Assembly: GCF_009914755.1 (NCBI RefSeq)
Contig: NC_060929.1
Source: the human T2T-CHM13v2.0 reference genome, Homo sapiens
Reading direction: 5' to 3' (one strand)
Length of the DNA stretch: 64,000 nucleotides
Positions 33,041 to 46,025 of this stretch are shown here, piece by piece (within the stretch, counting starts at the first letter, position 1; each line of letters starts with the position of its first letter). Made by a program: the position numbers and the translations under genes. The notes under the pieces are model-generated. The model worked only from the letters and a program-made list of their open reading frames with translations. It searched no databases and was not told where the DNA came from.

Positions 33041-33413
33041 AATGTTTTAAGGTAAAAAATTTAAGAAGACTTTTACATAATTGCAAAATCTTGATATTAA
33101 CTCCTATGGTGACAAGAAAGAAATTGTCCAGCCTCTGGGAGTGCTGTCAGTGGACAGACTTCATTTGAGGGATCCTTGCCAAGGTATTAAATTCTGAATT
33201 TAATTGATAAGTCACTGCTAGGATAGCTCCTAGTAGCAAGAAAAGAGTGATGGTTATGCTAAGTGAGGTTGAGATGCCAGAATTGCTGTAGCAGTTGGTG
33301 AAGGAGGAATTAAAAGACTTGGAGAGGTGGGCATGTTGAAGTAGATATACTATGTGAGGCTGAAAAACTTATCAATGATTATGTTCCATGGGAAGGTCCA
33401 GAGAATTCATCAT

Positions 33414-33754
33414 TGTTATGGTTGGAATGTTTGCGTCCCCCCTGAAATTCATTAGTTGAAATCCTCATCCCCAAGGTGTTAGGGGTTGGGGCCTTTGGGA
33501 GATGGTCATGGGTGCTTTGCTCTCATGCATGGAATTAATGTCCTTGTAAAAGAGGTTTGAGGGAGCTTGTTCACCTCTTCCATCATGTAAGAACACAGCG
33601 AAAAGACTGTTATCTAGAAGTGCCTGGCACAGAATCTGTCAGAGTCTTAATCTTGGAATTTCCAGCTTCTAGAACTGTGAGAAATAAATTTGGATTGTTC
33701 ATAAGCAACCCAGTTTATGGTATTTTGTTATATCAACCCAAATGGATTCAGACA
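33414..33754 (+). mobile_element. MLT1A-like MaLR LTR
   Basis: Starts 'tgttatggttggaatgtttgcgtcccc', ends 'aatggattcagaca'; left TSD atcat. Confidence 0.85.
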
Positions 33755-33756
33755 AT

Positions 33757-34178
33757 TGCTATCATTTGGATGTTTGTCCTCTCCAAATCTCATGTTGAAA
33801 TACGATACACGTGTTGGAGGTGGCGCCTGGTGGGAGGTATTTGGGTCATGGGGGCAGATCCCTCATTAATGGCTTGGTGTCCTCCCGATAGTAATGAGGT
33901 AATGACTGACTTCTCTCTTAGTTCAGACAAGAGCTGGTTGTTTGAAGGGCCTGCTACCTCCTTCCTTCCCTCTTGATTGCCCCCTCACTTGCCACGTGAC
34001 ACACTGGCTCCCCTTCCCTTCTGCCATGACAAAAACTTCCTGAGGCCTCACCAGAAGCAGATGGTGGCACTGTGCTTTTTGTACAGCCTGCAGAACCCAG
34101 AGCCAAATCAATCTCCTTTCTCTATAAATTACCCAGCCTTGGCTTTTCCTTTATAATAATGCAAAATGGACTAACACA
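33757..34178 (+). mobile_element. MSTB-like MaLR LTR
   Basis: Starts 'tgctatcatttggatgtttgtcctctccaaatctcatgttg', ends 'aatggactaacaca'; TSD acaat/ataat. Confidence 0.85.
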
Positions 34179-34448
34179 ATAATCATTTACCAAGGCCAGC
34201 AGGGGTGCACTAGTGAGGAAGCAGCAACATCATTAGTAGACGTTTGATAGTGGCCATTACAGAACCAGATTCCCTGATAGCAATGAGGATGCTACAACCC
34301 TGAAACAATAGAGTTGAGACAGTGGCATGTAACCCTCAGAAGCCAAACAGTAATTATAGATCCAATTATTTTAATGTGATAAGATGGGAGTGGCAGCCAA
34401 GTGGGCCTGACTCTCAGAGAGTTATGGAGATAGATAATAAAACATGGG

Positions 34449-35081
34449 TATATTAGTCAAGGTTCCCCAGAGAAACAGAACCAGCAGCATGAGTACATAT
34501 AGAGAAAAATCTATTTATTTTAGGGAGTTGGTTTACATCATTGTGGAGGCTTGGTCAGAAATCTGCAGGGTAGGCTGGCAGGCTGGAGACCCAGGGAAGA
34601 GTTGCAGTTTGAGTTCAAAGAACTCTGCAGGAAGAATTTCTTCCGGCTCTGAGGAGGTTAGCTTTGTTCTGTTAAGGCCTTCCCCAGCAGGAGCCAGGGG
34701 AGTACACCTCCCCTGAATTCTGAAGGTACTTGATTAAGGAGGCTAGAATATAAGATTGGATAAGGGAGAGTTTATTGACTGAGAAAGGGGAGCTTATCAA
34801 TTAAATTCAGAATTTAATACCTTGGCAAGGACCCCAGGAGGTGAACGTACATCATTATCACCCCTGGGCTCCTTGCCAACATCACCTTCTGGGGTCCTTG
34901 CCAAGGTATTAAATGAGGCCTAACCACATTATGGAGGTTAATCTGCTTTACTCAAAGTCCACTGATTCAAGTGTTAATCTCATCCAAAAAGACACCTTCA
35001 CAGAAAAATCCAGAATAATATTTGACCAAATATTTGAGCACTTTGGTTCAGGCAAGTTAACACATAAAATTAACCATCATA
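34449..35081 (-). mobile_element. MLT2B-like ERVL LTR interrupted by a ~230-bp insertion
   Basis: Antisense ends 'tattagtcaaggttccccagagaaacagaacc' and 'aaaattaaccatcata'; TSD atggg/gtggg; non-LTR sequence at about 34683-34912. Confidence 0.85.
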
Positions 35082-35491
35082 GTGGGGCAGAATAGATAAG
35101 CAGCCCACAAGAGTAGTGTTCTCCTTGTACTATCAGAAGAGCCAAGGATGAGTGATCAGGAAGCTGGAGGAAGTTGCCCTAATAAGAAGCCATTACCTTA
35201 TCCAATTTCCAGACCTGAGCCAGTTTTTAGGCCTGAAACCATTAAAAGGAAAAATAGAAGGATCCTAAAATACCCTAATAGATGTACATGGTAATGATTC
35301 CACAAATACTCCCTCAAAGGGATCTACAGACATTTAATTGGTTGACCGAATGCTGGGGAAAGGGGAATGCCCAATATTTTGAGGACTGTTGGACAGAAGG
35401 TCTGAGCTGACATTGATTTACCTCATCGATGACATCAAGCCAGAGACCCAAAACATCATCATGACCCCCTATTAGTGTAGGCATATTTAGG

Positions 35492-35867
35492 TGTCTTAGA
35501 CCATTCATGCTGCTGTAACAAAATACCATAGACTGGGTGGCCTATAAACAACAGAAATTTATTTCTCATAGTTTTGGAGGCTGAGAAGTCCAAGATCAAG
35601 TTGGAGGCAGATTTTGGTGTCTGGGGAAGGCCCACATTCTGATTCACTGATGGTATCTTCTTGCTGGGTCCTCACTTGGCAGAAGGAGCAAGCAAGCTTC
35701 CGTTGGCTTCTTTGGTAAGGGCACTAATTTCATTCATGAGGGGTCTGCCCTCATGATCTCATCCCCTCCCAAAGGCCCCACCTCTGAATACCATCATACC
35801 CCATACAACTGGGGATACAGTTTCAAAACATGAATTTTGGGGGGACACAAACTTTCCAACCATAGCA
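35492..35867 (-). mobile_element. MLT1A/MSTD-like MaLR LTR
   Basis: Antisense 'tgtcttagaccattcatgctgctgtaacaaaataccatagactggg...ccaaccatagca'. Confidence 0.85.
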
Positions 35868-37610
35868 ATAAGGGAAGTAATAAATAGAATGTAATGGGCC
35901 ATGGTCCCACTCACAGTGGGTCCACTGGGGCCATGGACATTTCCCCTGTTCCTGAATGCATAATTAGGAAAGATATACTGGTGATTGGTGTGACCCCAGA
36001 TTAGCCTGTGGGATAAGGAATATCATAATGGGGACTGTGAAGTACAAATGTCCGAAACCTCCCCCCAAATAGTGAATCGAAGTCAATATAGAATCCCAAG
36101 ATGGTGGGAGAAATTCCTGGCATGCTACTGGGCCCTGATCAAGTATCTGACCATGGGACACCATGTGTCCAGAACTGCTCATCATGAGCGTGGTTACGTG
36201 ACTCACCAAGTCATACGGTCGAGAGGGCCCAGCAACAATCTACCCAGGGTTGAGCACAAATAGGACCAGAACGCATGTGCACACCCATGTGTCATCCACC
36301 GCTGTTGCATCAGCTCCCCTCCCACACACCTATTGCTGCATGAGATAGTCCTTAAAACCAGCTCTCAGAGGAGGAGAAAACCCGAGCTTCGTTCACACAT
36401 AAATCTGCTTGGTATGTGAGTGAAAGCAGAAAACAGATGCAATTATACTACAACCTGACTCACAAGTGGTCTTGAAAGAGAATGGTGAAAGAAAATGCTT
36501 CCAATAGGCAGGGATTTTAGTGATGTACCTGATCATCTACTTTGTGTAGATAGAGAAGTGGTCTCAAGTTAGAATATAATCTGACTGATAGGCAGTGGTG
36601 AATGGCCTGGCCAGCTTGTCAGAAGCTTGTCAGAAGAAATATTGGAATGTAGGGACAGGTTTTCTGGGATAGAAGCATACAGATGAATATATCGAAGTGG
36701 GTGCAAAGAGTGCAGATCTTTAATATAGCATGTTTATTCTCACCAGAGAGCATCTTCTACAGTAGAGGCATTAAAAACAGACAGATACATGCCAATGAGT
36801 AAATGAACAACGTGGTCTTAGTGGCAGAGATGGACACTATAAATGGACCCAACACTGTGGGCAACCACTTACCAAGACTGATTTAACTGTGCCTGCTGCT
36901 ACTGAATGTCCAATCTGACTGCACCAGGGATCAATATTCAGTTATTGATATGGTCCCATCCATCAAGGAGACCAACCATCTACTTGGTGGCAAATTGACT
37001 TCATTGAGTCCCTTCCACTTAGGAAGGGCTAATGATTCATTCTGAAAGGAATAGATAGACACATAGTCTGCATATAGATTTGCATCCCATGTCCTAAGAC
37101 CCTTAGCCCCATGATCTGAGAGCTTTTGGGGCATTTGATCTGTTGGCATAAGATCTACATAACATCATATTAGAGCAGGGGCCCACTTTATAGCAAAGGA
37201 GATGAGAGAATGGGTTTCTTAATCATGGGATCCACTGGTCATATCACCTACTATATCACACAGAAGCTCCCAGCCTGATAGGACATAGAAACTGCCTATT
37301 TAATACTGAATTGGAGTCCCAGCTTAGACACTTTAAGAAGATGAGGCCCCATCCTCTGTGATGCAATGTTTACTTTGATCAAAGTCTTTTATATGTATGT
37401 ATTCCCCAAAAGGAAGATACACGGGTCTGGCAATCAAGGGATGAAAGCAGGAGTTGCCCAGTGGCTCAGTGTTTTTAAAATATGGTGCCTAGAGGTTGGT
37501 CTGAAGGTAGCCAGTGATCTCAATGAATTGTACAGTTACAGATTGAACTCCTTGTTCTATCCTTTCCCCCTTCTCACTACTGCACTTGACCAGATTTAAA
37601 AAATAAAATA

Positions 37611-38008
<398 letters not shown>

Positions 38009-38619
38009 TTATCTTCTCAGAGTCTGCTCTCATGTTGAGCTTGAGGCCAACTTGCTTTCTATGAACTGGTATCAAGACATGTAACCCCATCCTGTACTTA
38101 TTTTTAACGAAAAAATTTATATTTATCCATAGGAAATTACTCCTTGATGCTTCAGTCTCTTGTTTGTGACATCTTTTGCATTTGCTATTCTACTTAGTTT
38201 TGTTATTCTCGAATGTGACAAACAGGTCTTCCATACATATTTATCAAAAATCATGGCTAATATTAAATAAGATATGGGCAATGCCTAATATTCATAGCAT
38301 GCCGCTGGGGACCCCCCTCCAGAGTTCCCTCTGTGTGCCACAGAACATCTGGAATATTGTGCTCAGTTCTAGACACTCTATTTTAAGAACACTGATCCAC
38401 TGGATTAGGTTTGGTAAATGGCAGGTAGGATGTGAGGGAACCTGGTAATCATACCATTTAAAGAGAGGTGGAAGGAACAAGGACCAGAACCTAGAGAATA
38501 CAGAACCAAGGGAAACAGGGTAGTTATCCTTGAATATTTGAAGGCCTTTAGGTAGAAAAGAGTAACTTGTATTTTGCTCCAAATAACAGAATTAGGAACA
38601 ATATCACTTGGTGATAAAG

Positions 38620-39118
38620 TGTGATGGAGTACAGTCACATAACCCCAAAATATGGCCCCTTTGCATACTGAGTATTTAAAGCTGGAGGAAACTGTAAAAA
38701 GCTCAGAAGCAGAAAGGTCTCTCTGAGCTTCTCCTGCTCCCTCTCTTTCAAAGACCCTCATGTGGCCAGTGTCCTGCCCTGTGCATGAAGGGAAGGCATG
38801 TTATACAGAGAGGCCAAGAAGCATCTGAACAAACAGACCTGGCTAAGGTCCCCACGGTTTATTACCATTAGGTCAGACCCCCTTTTTTTCCAGTTATACC
38901 TCCACATGGACTGTCCATTCCTTGCCAAACCTAAACATAAAAATTCATTATTTTCATAAGGTCTTTGGGTCTTCATTTCCAAAGGCTCTCATGTCACATA
39001 AAACTTTGGTTAAATAAATTTCTTATGTTTTTCATTTTTTAATCTGTCTTTTGTTATAGGGGTATCAGCCATGAACCTTGTGATGGACAGGAAAAGATAT
39101 TGCTTTTCCTCCCCTACA
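38620..39118 (+). mobile_element. ERV1 LTR (MER34-like), inserted among L3-like fragments
   Basis: Start region 'accccaaaatatggcccctttgcatactgagtattt', internal aataaa, end 'ttttcctcccctaca'. Confidence 0.7.
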
Positions 39119-39219
39119 AATTGCAAAGAACAACCCTGCCACAGGACCGTCCCATAGACTGGTATTGTTCACAGGCCACTTAGAAAGGTATAATGTAGGA
39201 GTGGGACATTGGATTTGAT

Positions 39220-39529
39220 TTATTTCTTTCTTTCTTTTTGACACAGTCTTGCTCTGTCACCCAGGCTGGAGTGCAGTCATGCAATCTCGGCTCACTGCAG
39301 CCTTGACTTCCTGGGCTCAAGCTATCCTCCCACCTCATCTTCCTGTGTAGCTGGAACTACAGGTGCACACCACCACATCCGGCTAATTTCTCTTATTTTA
39401 TTTTATTTTATTTTTTTTGTAGAGACAGGATTTCGCCATGTTTTCCAGGCTGGTCTTGAGCTCCTGGGCTCAAGCCATCTGCCTCCCTCGGCCTCCCAAA
39501 GTGCTAGACATGAGCCACTGCACCTGGCC
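39220..39529 (-). mobile_element. AluJ
   Basis: Antisense dimer with 'cctgggctcaagc'; TSD t(g/a)gatttgat. Confidence 0.93.
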
Positions 39530-42500
39530 TAGATTTGATATTCTTTCTGTAAACTGTTTCCACTCTAACATTCTATGATTTTCTTCTATCAAAATCTGCT
39601 CTCAAATCTTTTATTCAGACTCAGGCATAAATAACAGATGATAAATCTGTAGCCTCCCCAGTCCCCTGGTAGCTAAATTTTAAAGAGTTAAAGACATATT
39701 GAAGATATAATTTGCTAGCTCGTGGTGTGAGGCATTTTGCCTATGGTTGGAGTGAGCCTGGCAAGGTCCGGAGTCCTTTCCCCTGCCTTGTGTTCACATG
39801 GACACAGCGGCTTTCTTTCCCCCATGAAGCTCAGAGTCCTTTGCTTTCCTGGCACAAGGAAAAATTCTGCAAGAATAATGTATTTGTTGTTAAATCCGCT
39901 CTTCCAGCAAAGGCTGTCATTGCTTCCCATGGAACATCTTTACATCACAAAAGCATCAGCCTCCTTTTAAAATGAATGAATGAATGGACCAAAATGTCAA
40001 TGCTTTCATTTCTTTTGATCAAAAGCCATGCTTACAGTAATAAAGGACAAACCAGGGTAACTGAGTATACGTGAAAGAGAAAGGAAGTACCTAGTAAAGC
40101 TTACATTATAAAAGCTCCTTTGGCTGACAGATATGCCTGTCTGGATACGAAATTGCCATTTCAGAGCCATACAATTTATGTAAACAGTAGCCACTAACAC
40201 ATTTTATCTTGGTCATGCGCCCAATCTGAAAAGAAAAAACTTGAGATTCTCCTTGAGAAGAACTTCCTGCTGGAGCTTTCTGGAGGATTTCTCATGAGAC
40301 TGCACATGCGGCCACCTCTTTAGGTGGTGGACACTTTAGATGTAATCATCATGACCACTATCTGAGCGCCACTGGAGTCCGGGCTTGGGGACCCCCTCCC
40401 TAGCCCCTTGGGCTTGCTGCCACCTCCTGAACAATAGGTCTGACAGCTGTCTCCACGCAGTCTTGCAGCATTCAGCTTCACTGGGAATGATTAGCCCGTC
40501 CTGACGAAGCTCTTCCCCCACTGAGACACGCTGGCAGTGCTTTCCTTTGGAGACAGCCCGTGTGTGCTCCTGGCTTGGCGTTTGCTGTTCTCATAGATGT
40601 CTAGGGAGCTTGGCCAGAACCAGCCAGGCTGGCAGTTTACAGCAGTGCTTCAGAACAAATGTGTGGTTTTTTGGGAGCTGAGGGGTGGGGGGGGTTGGGG
40701 GTTGTCTATACTTAGTATAATTCCATGCAGGGGTGAGAAAACAGTAGGTGTAGTGAGGAGGTTGGGAAAAAAGTGGGATAAAGATGAATCCCAAGCAATG
40801 AGAGTGTCCGGGGCTCTCTCACTGCTCTCACTGTTCACGCCCCCACAGGCCTTTAGAGGACCCGCTAGGGTCAGCTTCACTGCAGTTTCCTGGTGGCACT
40901 TTGACAGTCTACAAACCAGCTGGAAAGCAAAGACCATCACCATGAAAAGGCCCTGGGCAGCAAACAGAGCCCCGACTTCCATCCAGAGCTCAGCCTGAAG
41001 GAAAGCTCCAGCCAGAGGCTCCAGCCACCGGGTCTCAGAGCTACAGGCACTTTTACACAGGGGTAGACAGAGATGAGGTGGGAGCTGATGCATTATGCCT
41101 GGAAGGTACCAAGAAAATGATCATGGATATTTCTATTTGACACTTTATTGTGTTTTTCTTTTTAAAAGATTTGAAATCGTTCAGGACAATTTCTTATTTC
41201 TAGCAACAGAGTGATCTAAACCACTGATTGCTTGGAAATCAAGAGATTCTGTTTATGGATCTGAACTTAGGTCTAACAACTCTGTTTCACACTATCGGCG
41301 GGCTTTAGCAGTGCAGTTTCCAGATAGTATCTGAAATTTTAAAAAAAGGGAGCGTGGGGAGAGAAAATAATTTGGGAGTAATCTGAGCCTCTCCGAAACG
41401 GATAAGATCCAAGAAACCTCAGTCTCAAATGACATGCAGAGCAACTTGTACATTCATTTACTGACTCCAAAATGGTCTCATTCTTACTGAATCGATTTTT
41501 CTCCTGTATCTTTTAAAACCTAACGCCCTTAGCTGTTAGCAACATATTTTTAAATGACATCAGAGTGCCCTTTTCTAATTGGTAAAAAGCAGTCATCATG
41601 AGGATGAGTCATTCCAGGACCCAGACGTCCCCTCAGTGTCCAGTTTCCTCCAGAAACACTTAGGTACGAAAGTGGGTCAGAAGTGCCCATCATCCCAGGC
41701 ATATTCCTTCTTGAATGTTTAAACCAACATTGTTTTGTACTTATAAGGAATTGTTATACTAATCATTTTTTTGCCAAATTGGCCATAATATAATCCACCT
41801 ACCACTGACCAACTACAGAAGAAAAATTAAACAAAAGTTTTGCTGTTGTTATCCTTTTTTTTCCTAGGGTTTGAGCTTCTGAAGCCAGGAGGTCACTTGG
41901 ATTATGTATACAACCTTAGTAATTGCATTCCTACATTCTACGAAATGCCACAGCACTCACTACAGTCCAAAATAGCTGTTGCAAACAATGACAATTACTG
42001 CCCAGACATTTTCAAACACAGCAGGTTACTGGCTGAAGCTGTGATGGAAACCCTAAAAAAATATAAATATTTTGAAATGCTCTGTAAATCAGAATGATGC
42101 CCCAGACACAGAGTGGATTGTCTTGAAGAAAACTGAAGTCATTTGGAGGCTGCGAGGCTTTGTTGAAGGGTGTTGGAAAATGTTGAACTTGTTAATATGA
42201 AGCCCAAATGTCATAATTAAATGATTTTTAAGTTTTCTTTCTCTCCGGGAATAGAGATCTCAGTTTTGTCTGATCACCCTCACCCTATAAAGGCCCCTAC
42301 TCTATTGGAAAAAAGATGACAAACCCTTAAATTCCCACACTGCTTTCATATGTTCAGTAATTCCAGCATCTGATGAGTGCTAATGGGTGACTGTGACAAG
42401 TGTTTATGGAAGGGAGATCTGAGGCCACTGCCTGTGGCGATCTGAGAGGCCTTGAGGATACACAGCCGGGGCCAGAGAGCAGCAATAATGGCTGCCAAGG

Positions 42501-43255
42501 GGCCAGAGCCACAAGGAATTTTGCTTAAACATTCCAGCAGCTTCTGCCGCTCTGGGCCAGCCTGTGGAGGTTCCGCCTGCAGAGTCATGGGGCTTTCTGT
42601 CTGGTCGGGGTGATTTTCCCATGGTGACTTTTGGAGAGAGGCTTCTGTGTCTGTTGGGGTTGAGGGGTAAGGTAAGAAATCTGACACTAATGTAATCCCT
42701 CTGCCAGGGGCCAACGTGCCAGAAGGGCCAATCTCATCCTGGGACATGAAAGAACCTGCTTCAGACACCCATATAGGGCAGGCCTCCCTCCACTGCCCTA
42801 AGCAAATGGGAAATTAGAATTAAATCCAGGACACAGGGCCGTCTCCTGCAGGGAGGAGTGCACCTAGGGTGAGTCTAGGGAGAGTTTCTTGTCCTCGTGA
42901 GTATACTTGGATTTTAGATAAATCTCTGAATTCAAGTAAGTAATTTCCTTTAAATGCTGCAAATTATTAAAATGAAAAAAATCCACCTATATTCTAATTT
43001 ATTAGGAAATATTTGTGCCAGGTGTTGGCACAGAGGAGATAGCTATTAAATAAAGATAAGATGAGTAATAAATTCCCATTGTAATTGAGTATAGTATTAA
43101 TTTATTTACATGATTTACTGGCTTTTTATTTTCATATGGCATGTCCGATGCATCGTTTTCAGCTTCCCAGTGAATAAACTGCAGGGAGAATGTTACTATT
43201 ATGCAGTAATCAAGAGGTGAGGAGGGGGCAGTTAGTGCAGACAACATCTTCTTGG

Positions 43256-43687
<432 letters not shown>

Positions 43688-44109
43688 TAAATCCTGGGCA
43701 GGACTCTTTCAGTTGCTCGCAACACGGATCCAACTTGGCTTCACCAGGAAAATGAAATTCACAGGTCATGCAGCAAACACTAGAAAGGGACAAGGTATAC
43801 ATTCCCTGAGAGGCCCTGCCTCTTGGGTCATAGGCCCACTGTGTGGCACTGCTACTAGAAGAGGTGGAAAAACCATAAGAACTATGTAATGTTGGGACAA
43901 CAACAATGTTGTTTGTTTCAGATGAAAAAATGTCCCTGTGGTTTATCACTCTGGAATAATCCATGACAAGCTTAATTTCTCTCCAACTTGAAAATCTTTA
44001 AGATATTTAAAGATATTTAAGATATTTAAAGACAGGTATAAAGATAACCTGCAAAGGTTATCGTAGGACTGCTATAACAAAATACCACAGGACTACTATA
44101 ACAAAATAC

Positions 44110-44450
44110 TGTTCAGGACTGCTATAACAAAATACCATAAACTTGGTGGCTTTTAAGCAACATACATTTATTTCTCACAGTTCTGGAGGTTGGGAAGTCC
44201 AAGATCATCAAGGCACCAACAGATCCTGGCGAGGGCCCTCTTGCTAAATGGCAGTCCTTTCTGTGTCCTCACAAAGCAGAAGAGGGCAAATAAGCTCCCT
44301 CAGGCATTTTTTAAAAGGACACAAATCCCATTCAAGAGAGTGGACCTAATCACCTCTCAAAGGCTCCACCTCTTAATACCATCACATTGAGGATTAGGTC
44401 TCAACATATGAATTTGGGGCCTGGGATCCATAAGCATTCAGACTGCAGCA
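44110..44450 (-). mobile_element. MLT1A/MST-like MaLR LTR
   Basis: 'gactgctataacaaaataccataaacttggtggc...tttatttctcacagttctggagg...cattcagactgcagca'. Confidence 0.8.
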
Positions 44451-44597
44451 AAGACATCTTCATGCCAAATATTCTCTGATCCAAGACCTTGTTCTTGAAT
44501 GTTGTCTCCTTACCGTGGTATTTTTATGTGTTCATTCTCTAGTTTATCTGTGTCCATTACTCTGGGGTTTTGAACACAGTCTCCAAATACAGCATGA

Positions 44598-44902
44598 GGC
44601 TGGGCCTGGTGGCTCATACCTATAATCCCAGCACTTTAGGAGGCCAAGGTGGATGGGTTACTTGAGCTCAGGGGTTTGAAACCAGCCTGGGCAACATAAC
44701 AAGACCTTGTCTCTATTAAAAATTTAAAAAAAAATTAACCAAGCATGGTGGTACGCACATGTATTCCCAGCTCTTCAGGAGGCTGAGATTGGAGGATTGA
44801 TTGAACCTGGGAGATCAAGGCTGCAGTGAGCTATGATCATGCCACTGCACTCCAGCCTGGCTGACAGAGCAGGGCCCTGTCTCAAAACAAACAAGCAAAA
44901 TC
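44598..44902 (+). mobile_element. AluJ
   Basis: Diverged dimer with 'ttgagctcagggg' and 'gatcaaggctgcagtgagctatgatc'; TSD aaat..agcatgag. Confidence 0.92.
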
Positions 44903-45715
44903 AAATCTAGCATGAGTGAAGAGTTGAGAAGTACTGCTTTGCTGGAAAGGAAATATCTAGGTTTCCTCTCTTAACATTTTTCTAATATTTGTATGTATTT
45001 GGAAAATACCTATTCCTGGAAGTATTTTGTCTGTAATTACCATACAGAAAAGAAGACCTCATTAATGTTGCCTTTCTTGTACTATCTAAACACTATTTGA
45101 TGCCAGAATATATACACATATTCTGAAAAATATACTACTTAGAAGAGATGAAGCCCCTGCCATTTCCTAAATAAATAGATTATTTAATTATTAGGAAGAT
45201 TAGTGAGAGGGCTCAGCAGTTTGTTTTCATTGTTTTGCTCTCCTTTACTAAACTACAGTATTAGTCCTGCACATGACTTATATCCTATTTTGATGTTTTA
45301 ATTCAAGGACCATATATTGAGTGACCATTATGTGCAAGATGTTGTGTCAGACACATTTCGATGTTGTATTTAAGTGATAGTTTGAGGAGCTTCTGCTTTA
45401 CTGGCTGTGTACTGTCCCCATTGCTTATGAGATAAGGGCTAAGATTTTTCATCTGACCTGCAAGGTTCTTGACGGTTAGCTAAGGTTATTAGAATTGCAA
45501 ATAGAAGTGAATTCAAATCTAGTGTGAGTTTAAAAAAGAGAACGTGGTATAAGAATTTAGGAGGGCCTCATGGAATAGCAGCGAAAGAGCCATGATTAAC
45601 AAGGGACTGAACTCAGACTCTGCGATGCTGTCTGGAACAAAGGCAGCCACTCTCTCTGTGGGGCCAGACAGACTCTCTTCTTTGGCTGTCTCTCTGTGGC
45701 TGCTTTCTCTCCAAT

Positions 45716-46025
<310 letters not shown>

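Larger units (their letters stand above)
33212..37470 (+). mobile_element. Decayed ERVL-class (HERV16/ERVL-like) internal region, split by younger LTRs
   Basis: Pol remnants read by eye: RNase H-like 'EKWSQVRI..AVVNGLA' (about 36553-36612), integrase-like 'WWQIDFIESLP' (36985) and 'IHWSYHLLYHTEAPSLI' (37230). Gag-like DNA at 33212-33410. Confidence 0.8.

Noticed and set aside
35964-37149. ORFs inside the ERVL region as a possible domesticated gene
   Set aside because: The pol-like frame has many stops and frameshifts, and the listed ORFs are mostly antisense or out of frame.
44065-44140. Repeated 21-24-mers that superficially resemble a CRISPR array
   Set aside because: There are no real spacers, only three copies, the unit derives from an LTR end, and the DNA is primate.
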